Assembly: GCA_030704615.1 (NCBI GenBank) | Contig: CM060731.1 | Span: forward strand, 63,116,001-63,180,000 | DNA: 64,000 nt | Reading direction: 5' to 3' | Source of the DNA: Takakia lepidozioides | Lineage: Eukaryota; Plantae; Bryophyta | Shown: piece by piece, positions 13,201-27,200 of the stretch | Layout: every line of letters begins with the position of its first letter | Numbering within the stretch: the first letter of the stretch is position 1 | Made by a program: the position numbers and the translations under genes | Notes under the pieces: generated by a model | The model's database searches: none | The model's input: the letters and a program-made list of their open reading frames with translations, nothing else | Told to the model about the DNA's origin: nothing

Positions 13201-15364
13201 AGAAATGTATCATGGATTGTTTTCCCCTTTGCTTTGTGTACTGTCTAGTGTTATATCAATAACCCCCCGAGTTTGTTATGATAATTGTGATGTGACCCCA
13301 ACAGACGTTAGATCACTCAATACTGTCACCGGCATGCAGAATCTTGAGCAACTTTTCCCTTGGGATTTGGCCAACATTCCTGAGGGTGACACTCCAAGTG
13401 TGTTGCCAAAAAGGCATCATCCTTCCCTCATCTTCTTCACCTTCCTCCTCATTGATACAACTCCTCCCTAGATCCCACACGTGTGAACCAAAATGATGCC
13501 AGAAAAAGCGAGAATGTACTCCAATGGAAAAATGCCATGTTATGATGGCAGAAATTGGCTGACACAATTTCCTGTTGCTGGTAAGAATCTGCAGTACAAA
13601 CAAACCCTCCCTCAACTGAGATATGAACTAACTCAGGACAGTTCCCACACAACTGACCCAAGTACAAGAGCAGTCTTGAAATTGAGTACTGGGGCTGTCA
13701 ACATTGTATATACTTAAGTTACTGAACTTTGGAATGACAGCAGGCATGACTTGGGGATGTGGGTTTGCTTTGTTTGTTTGTTTTGATGGGACCCAGGGAA
13801 TACACTCCCGGAATAAGCAAGCCTGGCCCTAAGTTTTGGCAGGGACTCTACACTTATTAGCCAACAAATTGCCCTGATTTGCCAGTGTGGCTGCAAGAAC
13901 AGTTTATTTCACATTGGCAGCTTCAAGGGATTTTTATACAAACACAATAATGGGCACAACTCAACAGTCACATGCACACAGTTTATTATAAACCAGACAC
14001 ACACCTGATTAGCATATGATAATTTTGCTTGACTTGTCTCCGGAATTTCCTTATTAAGCATTTCCCAACATTGCATAGTTTGTTTATTTCATGCGGAATC
14101 GATCCGGTTTCCGGTAATCCAAGATTATATGTGCATTTGGGTTCAAACTTGCATGAATGACTGAAATATATTGACAAGCATGGTATTTTTCCGCAATATC
14201 TTTGTTGTTTTTCCGCACATATCCAACAACTATTCTGATCACCACCAGTCGGTATCTCGAGAACCTGGGGGACACTGGGTTCAAATCCTGTTACCTAGTT
14301 GTGTGTGGTTGATTTCTCTTCTCTCCCTTCCGTTGGGCTTGTTACTTGAAAGAGGTTAAATTTGCCTCTAAATGTAAGGGGTCTGTTTGTTTTACCACTT
14401 CAAAAATATTTTTCATATTTTTTATGTTTTTTATTTTTCCGGACTGCATTAGAAGAATGGAGGTCATGGGAGCCTTTGAAAGGTCCAGTAAATGGTGAGA
14501 AGCTAACTATAGTAGTGTGATATAGTTTTTTATATATAGTAAATGAGACATTCTTTCTGTCGCCATAGAGCTGGCTAAGCCTGACACGTTATATTCTCCA
14601 AGGCTATTCCTCTGTGGGCCCAATCGCCGCAAAAATTTCTGATGGCTACTGCTATTAATTCCATTTTGGATTAACTATTGGGGTTTATATTTTAATTAGC
14701 CATTAATGATTAGGGTACTAGCCTAACCTAACCCAACCTACTAACCCCACCAGTGTACCACACATAATAATGCAGATAATATCAATTATATGTATTTTTA
14801 ATCCACAAATAGCAAAGGGGACATTCTTGCCACCCCGGTTGTGAGGTCAGGCTGACATAATCATGACTTACTAGTAATTAGTAACTTACTATACTTAGTA
14901 GCTACCTACCAGTAACTAGTAACTTAGTAGCTACTGGTAAGACAGGCTGCATACCTATGATAGGTTTCTAACTTTTGAACTAGTTGAGGGTCTCCCCCAG
15001 TTTTAACCCAACTGGGCCCAAATAGTTAGAGTTTTTCTTTTTTTAGTTAGATTAATAGTTGCCCCACTTACCATTTACCTACCTTTAAGTAAACTCTTAG
15101 CTGGTAGGAGTGATAATGAATAAAATTTAACACTTGCGAGTCCAAGTGTTAGAGAAAAATAGAGATAAAAAGAAGAATGCAAATCACAGCTTATCATCAA
15201 ATTGAATTTTTTTAGACAATAAGCACCATAGGAAAAGAAAAAAAAACACCATAAAATGTAAAATAGAGTGAAAGAGACTTGAAGATGTTTATCCTATCTA
15301 AAGGAGTAACCATTTAGTGGTGCAATTTAACAAGATGTAATTTACGGCGAGGTTACTGAGAGGT

Positions 15365-15449
15365 TATTTTCTCCTCTCTCTATCAAGGGGCCTGATTTGT
15401 GAGCTGTCGCTCCCAGGTGTTTCCCTTTGAAAAAAAAAAAAAAAAAAAA
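15365..15449 (+). mobile_element. Short poly(A)-tailed retroposon 3' end (SINE/LINE tail), copy 1
   Basis: ttttctcctctctctat.aaggggcctgatttgtgagctgtcgctcccaggtgtttcccttt followed by an A-run; near-identical to 25893-25980. Confidence 0.6.
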
Positions 15450-18400
15450 GTAATTTGTAATTCCCATAGGAAAATAGAAACATGAAGATGATGGTGGTGG
15501 TGATGGGTAGGTGATGCACTTTGAATGCATGGCGCAACAATAACATGTGGGTGTACATGAATTTTGACGGCTAAAAGCTGAGCACCAACATGGGCTACTA
15601 CTTTGTCTTGTTCCATAAGACCTTGCATTGGACGATGCTAATTATCATCGTGGTCATACTTATGAGCGAATGACGATGCTAATCAGTCACATAACGTCTG
15701 CAATACTACCCACCCAAAGTGTATCAAAGCATTCGTCCGCTTTAGCCGGAGTCTTCTTCTTCTTCTTCTATCAAAGCATTTGCGGATCGGGAAAAAGTCA
15801 TAGCATGTCCGCTATGGTTCCTTTTGACTCCCAAGACGCTTTCGGACATCTTATGTTGAACAATTCTCAATTCTCTCATAGGTACCTATGGGCTTTTGTA
15901 TTCAATCAATCAATCATATAGGGCCCCATGGTCCAACCAATCGAACGGTGCGCATATCTGAACATGAACTTGTAATCAACCTAACATACATTCCATGGTA
16001 ACTTGTAATCAACCTGGTTAGCATACATACCATGATAGTGGTAATTATCTCTGTTTAACCAAAGGCTAAAACGCTTAAAAAAAATTAAAAAAAAGGTTAA
16101 AAAAAAGGTGACCATCTGACTTTGTGATCTAGTAGCCAACAAGAGATGCTGACTAAGTTAGGGCAGGGAGGCAAGCAAGAGAGTTGTCATAGCGTCTCTG
16201 TCAATGTAGAATGATGCAGCACACTAAGCAGCAGTTTAAGAGATAGTTAAGTACAGAGAGAGCTCGTGACAAGAGCAAGGAAAGGATGGAGCCGTCAACG
16301 GATCCCGAGAACGCTTCAGGGAATCACAATCTCCCGTGATCCTCGAGGGGTGTTATATAGGGCGGGGAGTAAGTTGGGTGGCCTGCAAAACATCAAGCCA
16401 CAATTCGCAATAGCGCATGCATGCAGATCGATGCGTTAGTTTGCGGAGCCTCGCTCCATATCCAGGCTGATTGATACGGATCTGCAAGGACCCCACCCTG
16501 CTCATCACCGCCGATCGGGTGAGGGTGACTATGTTTTGCGCCATCCTCTATGGTTGGACAGGTGTGAAGATACTGTCGCAGAGGATTGGAATGGCAGTGA
16601 TGGAGTACCGGTACATAATTTCTTCAGAGAATATTTTGTGACTAGCGATGCGTTCCAGTTGCAAATGTGTGACAGTGTCATAGTGTGAATTACTGCTTGG
16701 GTTAGCAGATCTGAGTAAGTAGATCCTAATAAGCAGAGGACATTATAACACTTATGGTTAAGTCTGACATCCACGAGGGGCAGATCGGATCCTGAGCTTC
16801 ACCCATCATCTTTCCTTCATTGCCTTCAATTTCTAGAATCCCATCTCCATGCATGCTTGGAATTATCTGCGCTAATCAAGCATCTATTTCCAGCTTCCGA
16901 TGTAGCGTCAACAGGGGGTGGCAAATGACTTTAAGGGTATAGAGCATTCTGAACATTCCATTCTGACATAGAGATGAGCTCATTGGGCTCCGGCAGTGTT
17001 TTTTGGCACAAAGTTTTGTTTTCTAGTATGTCTCTGGTGTTTGCAGCTATCATGGGTCGCCGCCATCTTTGAGTGGATGACGGCATTTGCCAGAACTGTG
17101 GCGTATCAGAGAGGGTATCCCAGGCCATCTGGCTAGGACCTCTTAAATAGTCTCCTTTCCTCACATGGTTAGGTGAATTTTCAATGATGCCAGTAGGGTA
17201 GTAAGGGCTAGCCTGCCGACTTGTAATTTGCTGGGTGAATTTCATAATCTGAATCTGGACATGTAACCTGGCATCCTCTACGTTAGTTCCGCCATTATTT
17301 TGTCTTGAAGTGAAATTGCTCATTTGTAGGAATCTTCGTTGTAATATTTACTGCTTGTAAGTCGTTAGTGATGAAAACTTGCTCACACGATGATGTTGCT
17401 CCGTATGTAACTAGAAAGAGGAAGAGTTAGGCCCACGAGTGGAATGTGGGTGATGGCGGGATTGGTGGACAGGAAGTTTGGAGCAGGTTTGCATTTTGAA
17501 GGCGGCGAAGCCTCTGACAGATTTTTCTGCTGGCGTCACTGTCCTGTCCTACTGCAAAAAGATTAGGGCATAGCTCAGTTTTTGAAAAGTAGCTTTAAAA
17601 CCAAATATCATTGGTTCAGCTTGCGATCTCAGCTTCGGAGCAATGAAACTTATCACTTCAACTTCAAACCTGTAATTGATTTTGCAAAAATGTCTAGGAA
17701 GCATTTTTGACGTAACGTAAGGCAACCTGTCTACTGCAAGGTCTGTCTGTAGAACTTTGCAGACAGGCAATTTTTGCAACATGTTTGTGCTTACGATGCA
17801 TGGTTGATGGGGTGAGACGTGTGAGGCTGTAGTGCACAGTTGTAAGGACGAGACACGAGACATGGTCTCTGCACGAATGTAAGAAGGCGTTTGAAGGTTT
17901 GTGTGCTACTAAATACGAGGATTGTAAGAGTGGCAATGGTGTGGGGGCACAAGACTGTCAGAGACAGTTTTGTTTGAAAACCAGTGAGGGCCGCTCTGAA
18001 ACGTGGCATGGATGCAGCTACAGTCAGAAGAAGGGGGCTGGTCATGTTGCCATGCAATAAAGATGACTTTACTACTTGGTCTTCCGATGCAAAACTCTGG
18101 TCAAAGTCCAAGGCTTCAGCACCATATATGCGATTCAGACACCCTTCTTCTCTCGAGCCGAAATACATTTATAATTTTTCAGGTTCGTTTAGTAGCACGC
18201 GTCTTTTGCAATGAATTTAACAACAACTCTGAGCCATCCAGACAGCAGTCGGAAGCTTATCGTCATTCCTAACTGATGACATGGCGACCACCGCAACTTG
18301 TAAATATCATCTCTGACATGCTTGCCATTGCTCCACCACGACATCGCCTCACCGAAAGCTGAGTTTGTCGATGCAATGCCGCAAGGCCAGCACCAAGCAG

Positions 18401-19702
18401 ATCGGTCAAGCGCAACGTGCTCGCTCGCATCAGATCCGTTATAGGCCCACCGTGCTAGCTGCCCGCCGCCATCACCTTTTTTTTTAAAAGAAAAAATAAC
18501 AGAACAGCCCTGGAAATTTTATTAATAAGGTAAGGAAAAAATAACCTTACAAGACTCATATTATATAACTTTGCCGCTCTCCCGTCTTTTAAATTTTTCT
18601 TTTTCTTTCTAAATTGGAACCTTCTTTTTTTTTCTTTTTTTTTTCCCCTTGTTCATTCAAAAACTGGGTAGGCGCCTTTTAATATATATATTTTTTAAAA
18701 CTGGGTAAGTCGGAAAGTCGTTAAGTATGACTGATTAGTTCAAAGTGTGTTAAAAAGAAACATCTTTATTTTTATGTTCTGGATAATAAGTTTATGACTT
18801 CTTGTGAAATTAATTTTTTAAATGAAAAATAGTATTTATGTCAAAATAGTGGCAACAAACTGAGACTGAATACTATTATGAAACTCTGAACAAAATGTTG
18901 TTGTCGTGAAATACCAAGGTTCGGTAAACCTGCTGGTTTGGGTTGGTATCTTCAACTCTCTCAAATCAAGCCCATAGGAATTTTATTTTTTCAAAATCAG
19001 AATGGAAAAAAACTCTATAAACGAGCTGCTATGAATTACATCTCAATTTTTCATTTTGAATTATGACTTTTACGAAGCAGCTTGAATCTTAAAGTCTGGC
19101 ATCAGGGACAAAAATCATCTCACACAATTGGCAACCTATTATTTTGTGTTGAATTTTTGGTGCGTACGATGCTGATGATGATGTGTAATGGTTTTTAATT
19201 TTTTCGCCTCCTTGCGATGAAATGATCATGAAGGCCTCCATCCCCTCAATCCTTCGGTGTTGTTAGAATTTTAATATTTCACAACTCCTTTACAACAATA
19301 TTACTATGTTGCCAGACACTTGGGTGCCAACTAATACCACCACAAAAGCTATTATCAAGTTTGAAGCCCAACAAGAATATTTTAAGATGCATAACTAAGT
19401 TAGCCTCCAACAACTATCACAATAATTTGCTTACATAATATATTTAACAAAAATCATATTTTTAAATTCAATCAAACATTGTTGACTACTAGGATAGCCT
19501 TGTCGTTGGCCCAAGTTGAGTTCACTGTCTTTTCTGATGATTTATGTTCTAGGGAATGCAAAACAAAATTTTGGAAGACAACAAACCCGTGCTGTTGTAC
19601 TTACCAATATCATACTATCGACTTGCAGAGCTAAACAATCGTCGTGCCAATATATAGTTTTTCTTATACTTGACTAAGACAAATTGAAAATGACAACCCT
19701 TT

Positions 19703-22700
19703 TCTTTCATTTGAGCCAGCCTAGCCCTTTATGGATGTTGCATGTTTTATTTCCTGCACTTAATTTTCTCCACTTTTTAGGCATAATCTCATCCATCTCA
19801 TGATGATGTTATGTCCCGTTCTAAGGATTGAAGTTGTTGATGTTAAGATATCACATTGTGATTGTTTGTAGAATCTATATTTTTGCTTGCTCTTTCAAGA
19901 ATCTAACTCCATAAATGGACTTTTCACCACCTACCTTTGACTCACAAGGGGATCAAGGAGGGGATCAGGTGAGGGGAAGCCATGTCCGGAAGGAAGGCTG
20001 TGGCTCCTCACAAGCCGTCCCACTTGCCTTGTTGCGTGGTTTGTCAATCGAGAACGTCCGTGGAGTGCAAACTGGCACCGAGGCCCCACCACCAGCGTTC
20101 GTCTCTCTTGAGAGACACGATAGCGACTTGAAGTGGGCCATCTCCTTAATGCGGGCCATTTCCTTAATGCTAAGCTTTGGGGCATCAACAGTAGGAGCGG
20201 TTACTTCACTGACGCAAAGTCGATATGATGGTATCAACGACAAGCTGGAGGCCCAGAAGGGTATCCTCGCTTCTACAAGAGACGACATGACGAATGCAAA
20301 GTTGGAGATGACTACCTCCAGAGTGGAGATTACTCATGTTAGAATGGATTTGGCTGAATTGCGAAAGGAGGCGGATGGTAGCGCCGCCGACTTGAGAAAG
20401 AATATGGAGATCATCAATAACTCTGTTGAAGACGTCAAGACAATTCTCAACAAGGACATCATCAGGAACCCAGAGGCTGAACCTGGGCTCCTCCGAAAAT
20501 TCCAATCTTCGTGGGGGAGAGCGAACGTCCTATGCAGCTGCTCTTCGTCGTCAAGCTGCGAATTTGGTTAAGACATCCACCAATCTGCTGGCAGAGGGCG
20601 ACAGCACCATTGCCTTGAATCTCCAGAGTTTGACAGGGAGGTCAATTGGAAACACGCCAGTGGCAGGCGCTCCACCAGACTCAGTTTCAGGAACTAATCC
20701 AAGATGTAAGCATTTTAATTGATCTCCATTAATTTGTAGTTGCCTCCTGCATAGATTATCTGCCTTTGCCTTCCCAAGGCCTATCTTCGGCTTTTTGTTT
20801 TCTGCTTCCTTGTGTCTCCATGTCTATTGTTTCCTCGATGCTGGCTCTTCGTTCTCCAGCGTCCTTCTTTGGTTTGCCCTCCCTTTGCAATTCTCCCTCT
20901 AATGCAGCGACCTCCTTTGTGCATGTCTTGTATCTCGCTCTCCCTATGACTTTTGTCCTTGGTTTATCCCTCTATCGATTCTGTTGCTTTTGTCCCTCTT
21001 TGGTGTCGGTTATGGCTCTCTCCCCCACCTTGCTTTTTAATTAGGGGTCTCATGGTCATTCCAAACTCTCTTGATAGATTCATCATTTCTCGAATCTTCC
21101 TCTGTCTGAAGGAGCTCGTAGCTCATGAAGCTCTAGCATTAGCCTACTCTTTAAGATAGCCCTAGGTTCACTTGGTTCATTGGATGGTTCTCTCTTCAAT
21201 ATGGTTCCTTAGGTTCGTCCCTCGCCGCAAGGTGTGCATGCTTTATGGCCTCACAAGGATTTATTTTTGCCCATCAATAAAAATACCGGGCTTCATCCCT
21301 TTTTTTTTTTTTTTCTTGAACATGGTTTTAGAGGTTTCCATTTGGGCCATGGAACCATAGTCATGTTGGTGAATGACTGTGTATGACGTATACATAGTGT
21401 GTACATATTGTAGTAGCATCTTCCTCTTCGAAATCCTTGGACTTTTCCTCTATAAACAGATTTGGGGATTGACCTCTCAACTACAAGATGTACATGTCCC
21501 ACACATGTCATTCACCAATATAACTATGATTCCATGGTCAAAAGAAAACCTCTAAGACCATTTATGGAGTCAGATTCTTCAAAGAACATTCCTAGACCCC
21601 TTCAATGTAATGTACCTTCTGTCACACCAGTTATCAAGCGTCTGACTTTTCGCAAAGACAACAAGATGGTTTCGTTGAGATACACATGTACCAGTTGATG
21701 CTCAAGTGTTTGCATATAAACGTGTTTATAGTGTAACGGGATGGTCCTAGTCACAAACAATTACAATGCGACATCTTAACATCAACAACTTCAATCCTTA
21801 CAACGGGACATAGCATCGTCATTTATGGATGATGGTGGGCCTAAAAGTGAAAAAAATAGAGTGAAGGAAAGAAAACATGCAACATCCATAAATGACTGGC
21901 TCAAATGAGAGAAGAAGGGTTGTCCCCATCGATGCTTGGAAGGCCCCGGATCCATTATTCCTGATCCTCACACACCAAACCCTGAAATCACTTTCATCAG
22001 GTTGTCTCCCGGTGCAAACTTGTGACAATGCAATTTCGGTCTGTTTTTTCTCTTCTCTCTGGATCTTGGGTCTCTTAATCCGTTGGGACTTCCAGTCGCT
22101 TGTAAGCCTTCATGGCTACTTTAGGTCAGCTTAGCATTCTTTGGTGATTGCTATAGGCTCTTGCATGCTTTATAAACATACCTTGGTAACACATTTTGGG
22201 AAGCAAATGCAATCACCTCAGGTCACTGACCCAGCTATTTACCAGCTGTGCCTGTTTTTTTTTAAAAATCTTAAGCAGATCTAATTTCCGTGAAACACTC
22301 AAAGACACAACATCATCGATATCCATCCACAAGAATCCAACTTGCACTCGGTCTGCTACAAACACCTCCTCGACCTCTTCTCTTCAAAATCCTTGAACTC
22401 CTTATCTGCAAACAGACATGGGGATTGACCTCTCAACTACAACATGTACACGTCCACACATGTCATTCACCAATATGACGATGATTCCATGGTCCAAATG
22501 AGAACCTCTACCATTTATGAATTAGATTCTTCAAAGAGCAAGCAGAAATATACTCTACAAACAATTACAATGCGACATCTTAACATCAATAACTTCAATC
22601 CTCAAAACCAAACATAACATCGTCATGAGATGGATCAGAGTGTGCCTACAAAGTGGAGAAAAGAAGTGCAGAAAAAAAAACATGCAACATCAAATGGCTG

Positions 22701-22712
22701 GCTCAAAAGAGA
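19703..22712. repeat. ~210-bp inverted repeats (19703-19918 / 22511-22712) with internal direct and inverted copies
   Basis: aggattgaagttgttgatgttaaga at ~19825 pairs with tcttaacatcaa.aacttcaatcct at ~21775 and ~22578. Segment 21425-21585 is duplicated at 22381-22535. Confidence 0.75.
19915..20571 (+). CDS. Hypothetical protein: hydrophobic segment followed by a coiled coil
   Basis: 218-aa ATG-initiated ORF, GC-richer than its flanks. WAISLMRAISLMLSFGASTVGAVTSL is followed by a heptad-like region (INDKLEAQKGILAST...VRMDLAELRKEA...LRKNMEIINNSVEDVKTIL). No family recognised. Confidence 0.35.
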   Translation: MDFSPPTFDSQGDQGGDQVRGSHVRKEGCGSSQAVPLALLRGLSIENVRGVQTGTEAPPPAFVSLERHDSDLKWAISLMRAISLMLSFGASTVGAVTSLTQSRYDGINDKLEAQKGILASTRDDMTNAKLEMTTSRVEITHVRMDLAELRKEADGSAADLRKNMEIINNSVEDVKTILNKDIIRNPEAEPGLLRKFQSSWGRANVLCSCSSSSSCEFG

Positions 22713-25035
22713 GATAAGAGAATTCCAACTTGCACTCGTCCGCTGTAAACACCTTCTCATAGACTCAGCAACAACAATCAGGAAGACGAGAAAGGTGAAT
22801 GAGCCTCTCGTAAAGTCAAGTCTCGAGTCTCGACCTGCTTGTATACAATCTCTTTAATTTCTCTATTTTCTACATAAAAACAAAGGGTGCAATGATTGTT
22901 GGACGATTGTGGCCTTAGAGCTCATGCCTGGTGTTGAGGTAGTAGACAAGGGTAGTAGAGAAGAAAGAAGGTTAGGCATAAGGAGAAGCCCTCCGGAATG
23001 TGATGTTCACTCGAGTTTAAAATAAAGAACGATTATGCCCAACTGATTTCTTATTGAAGTTGTTGTCCCCGAGTTTGCGGTATCCAATATCCACCCCAAC
23101 ATTTTGAACCAAAGAGAGCCATTTTTTTTTTGGCATTGTCTTATGCCTCTCGAAGCTGAATTACTTTAATCATTAATGTAAGGAGATGGAAAACCAACCC
23201 TCAATAATTTGAAGTGCCATGAATGGTAGGGTTGTTTGGTTAGTCATTGAAGCCTCTCTAGCAGAGATTGTAAAAAGAATATTTTTGGTAGGGGCTCATT
23301 CATGTAAGCTACATGATAATGATGTCGGCCGCAATTAGTATAACACAAACTACATATTTATAGGCAACATTGAAAAATCTTGTATATATTTATAAGAAAA
23401 AATTTGGGTGAAAAGAGTTTGAATAATTGTGAATGATAGAAATGACGGAGAGCTAAAAGAAATGAAGACTTTGTTGTACGTTATCGGCAGGGTTGCTCAA
23501 TCAATCTGCATTTCTATTTTGAGCCAGCCAACATCAATGTTTATCATTATTAAGGATACACATGGGAAATGTTTATGCCAATGTGCTGGTGGTTGAATCT
23601 GAATCTTGGGCGAATCTGGGTCCTTAAGAGGGACATGTCGTTGTGTCCAGTTCATACTAGGGCCACACATGCCAAATACGTCCATGGAACGTAGCTCCTA
23701 TATCGTGGGAGCTCGCGCACGGTTGTTAGATCGTCCCTACATTGGCATCCCCGCGTCCGGGCAACCAAGTTCTCCAACGTGAGGAGAACTGCCTTATGCA
23801 GCCGAACGTACGTTCCGGGAAGCACGCACCAGATCAGGGACGTCCATAGCTCATGTGTCATTTTTCACGTGTGTTGTGGGCCGTTGGATTACACACCATC
23901 TCAATCACTCCTAGTTTGCCACCTACTCGACACATGGGGGACGGCAGGCAGTGTGGCCGCAACACAGCCGCCGTCCCGCAACGTTGCGAGGCGTCCACCG
24001 AACGGGCCCGCATCCCGTGTGGCCCGGCTATCAGTCTAAGATCACCCGCAATGCAGTGCAACATGTCATCCACCTTTGTCCACTAGAGTCTGATTTGGAT
24101 AGATATTGGTCGTGAAGCAACATGCATTTGAAAAGGTGATTGGTTGGTTCCCTTGGTATGTCAATGGATTACAATAAACATGGGGTAATTGCATATTTTG
24201 TAAATCAAATAGAAAATCTATTTGGAAAGAATTAGAGCACTCCAGAAGAGAAGAACATCAAGGATAAAAATGCAGATATCTTTCATGCCAAAGGTGCATC
24301 ATGAATGTAATTACACTATGTCTATGAAGTCAATGATGAGTTAACAATGAACATGGCTACAAAAATCTCTTTGATGAAGAGAAAGCGGAAACAAGATGGT
24401 GATTTGGAATAATATATGACGACGGTTGTTTGGATACCCTCCCTAACAAACTCTTAGATTCGCTACATCCTGGCAAGACCTTTATTATGCCTATGTTGAA
24501 AACATGGTTGACTGATCATGACCATCTTGTATCGTCACCTAGAATTATACCAAATCTGTCAATAAAAGAAACAACATGAGTTATCTCATCCTTAAAACTC
24601 TGTCTATAATCATGTTCTCTCGTTCAAAAGTCCCATCGTCCTATATAATTCACTTCCACATGAAGAAAACAAGGTTGTTAATAAGACTAGCTTTGGAGTC
24701 CGTCAAATATGTTCATTTATTTATCTTCTGATACATGGCCCCAGGGTATTGTCACCATTGAGTCAGGTCCATTGAAAGAACATTGTCCCTGATCCTATGT
24801 TCACCAACTTTGAAATCTTGAGGGTGGGCCTTAGGCCCTGTCTTGTTTTGGTTTTAACTACTGGGCTGCTCACGTTGAGCAGGTGGATGTTTATGTGAAA
24901 GGCTTTCTAGACCATATCCAAAAAGCCAGAACTAATTGTTCATATAAAGGTGAATCGCACTAGTAGGGTGAGCATCTTTGTTTGTTCCCTCTTGATTGTG
25001 ATTCGAAAAACTGAGGTCATTAACAAACAAAAGAC

Positions 25036-25282
25036 TGCTGCAATGGAACGTATAGTGGTCGAACAATTTTATCGTGACCTTTCACTTATGTACACAAAAC
25101 ATGACTATCCATAATAAAAATTTGGAATGCTGATGAGATTGGTTCAAGTAGGAAGAAGTTCCACATCAATAGTCCTAGCAAAACGAGGATCCAAAAATGT
25201 TTATGCTACAGTGCCCACTAATCATGAGCACATGAATGTCTTGGTTTGCATGAGTGCCGCTAGCCAATCAATTCCAAATTTG
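25036..25282 (+). pseudogene. Degraded pogo/Tc5-type (DDE_1) transposase fragment
   Basis: Translates, with stops and a frameshift, as VEQFYRDLSLMYTKHDYP**KIWNADEIG / IVLAKRGSKNVYATVPTNHEHMNVLVCMSAASQSIPN. This matches the NxDETG...VLVCxxAxG region of pogo-family transposases. Confidence 0.72.
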
Positions 25283-25892
25283 TCTGAAGATTTTGCCAAT
25301 TGATTGGTCATTTCAAACAGAATGTTCCTAAGGTCTTCACGTTGAGAACAGATATCTACGTTCCATAATTGCACAGTCACTACATATCATGTATAATTCT
25401 GTTTATTTTATTTTATTTTAAAAAACTGGACCGAGGGCGGCCCGAATATATTAAAGAGGAAAAAAACAAACCTCTCATGACATGCCATGGAGGCTGAGGA
25501 AGGGGACACTACCTCGTAACAGTTCTGCTTAAAAATTTGAAGAATTTGAAGTCAAGTGCCGCCTATGTGACATATTATTAGGTATTAGGTTTATACAAAT
25601 AAAAAATATAATAGTTATTCATGCCATTGTCAAAATAAAATGCAGGCAGAAATTAGCTAGTGTACAGTTTTATTCATTTCTATTCATTGAGCCTGGAGGG
25701 AGAAAGGCCCTCCTTTTAGATTTAGTTTAGACAATCGAGACTCAGATTCTTGGATACAAATAAGACAGCCCTCAACATAGTAATACAGACCTTACAGCTT
25801 TAAAAAAATAAAAATAAAAATTACAGCTTTGAAACTCACAGTAAATTAATCTTCCTGGCATTCTAATTTGATCGTTCCCTCTTTAAAAATAA

Positions 25893-25980
25893 TTTTCTCC
25901 TCTCTCTATGAAGGGGCCTGATTTGTGAGCTGTCGCTCCCAGGTGTTTCCCTTTACAATAAAAATAAAAAAAATAAAAAT
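25893..25980 (+). mobile_element. Short A-rich-tailed retroposon 3' end, copy 2
   Basis: Near-identical to 15365-15449, with a degenerate A-rich tail. Confidence 0.6.
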
Positions 25981-26823
25981 ATTAATATTAATATTAACAG
26001 GGTTCCTCCCAAGTAGATAAAAAAAAGTATTACACAAACTAATTCAAAGCAGAGTCCTGTCCTGGGCCCCATTCCCCTTGACAACAATTCTACACACTAC
26101 ACACCGTATTCTCATAAAACAATTCCCCCAAGTTACTAGTACTTTAAAAAAATAAAAAAATAAAAAAATAACAGGGGATTGTAGCCCTGGAAACTTTATT
26201 GATAGGGTAAGGAAAAAATAACCTTACAAGGCCATGTGGCTGAGTAAGGTACTGACTATAGTTAAGAATAATCAGATAAAGATTAAGATAAAGTTCCTTG
26301 AATCAGAGAAAATTGGAGTAAACGACACACGGGATAAAATAAAGCAGGGACGGACGTCAGCAGGCGGTCAGCGAAATGGTGGACGAATGTCATCCACGGA
26401 CCACCCCCACATCGGGCCCTGCGTCGTGTGGGCCCGCGATCAGATCGCGGGCCACTGCACGGCCGCGCGCGTGCCGGCCCCGCGACCGCGCGTGCCAGCA
26501 GGGCCGGGCAGTGGGCGCACTGCCCGCGCTCCACTTCTGGGACCTTCTGCGGGTCGGGTCGCCCGCCCCAATACTTACCGGACTTCCGCCCTGCCCGGAT
26601 TGGCCCCCGTTCTCGGACGCGTGGGAGCGCGGGCCCGGGTGACGTGGCCCGCGCTGAAACGTACCAGAGTACGGCCTTGGGAAGGCCGCCAGTCGCGCCC
26701 GGTCGCCTGCCCATCGGAAACCGGCTAATGCGTCACCAGCTAGCCCCACCGCATATAGGCGTGCTATATGCGGCCGACGGGCAGGTGGCGGGGTTGATTA
26801 AAGTAACTGCGTGTAAATGGAAG

Positions 26824-27200
26824 TAAACATACCAGCTTAGGTCAGCTTAGCATTCTTTGGTGATTGCTATAGGCTCCTGCATGCTTTATAAACATACCTT
26901 GGAGTAACTGGGAGTAACTGAGAGTAAACATACCAGCTAACTGGGAGTCAACATACCAGATTAGGTCAGCTTAGCATTCTTTGGTGATTGCTATAGGCTC
27001 CTGCATGCTTTATAAACATACCTTGGAGTAACTGAGAGTAACTGAGAGTAACATACCAGCTAACTGGGAATCAACATACCAGCTTAGGTCAGCTTAGCAT
27101 TCTTTGGTGATTGCTATAGGCTCCTGCATGCTTTATAAACGTACCTTGGAGTAACTGGGAGTAACTGGGAATAAACATATCTTAACTGGGAGTAAGTGGG
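26824..27200. repeat. Three tandem ~123-bp units
   Basis: ggtcagcttagcattctttggtgattgctataggctcctgcatgc at 26840, 26964 and 27087. A single dispersed copy is at ~22123-22186. Confidence 0.9.

Noticed and set aside
16199-16674. Solo LTR TGTCA...TGACA
   Set aside because: Only a 5-bp terminal match and a 4/5 TSD (GTCTC/GTGTC); could be chance.
26234-26826. Cluster of overlapping ORFs on both strands
   Set aside because: Explained by very high GC content; Arg/Pro/Gly/Ala-rich with no domain.
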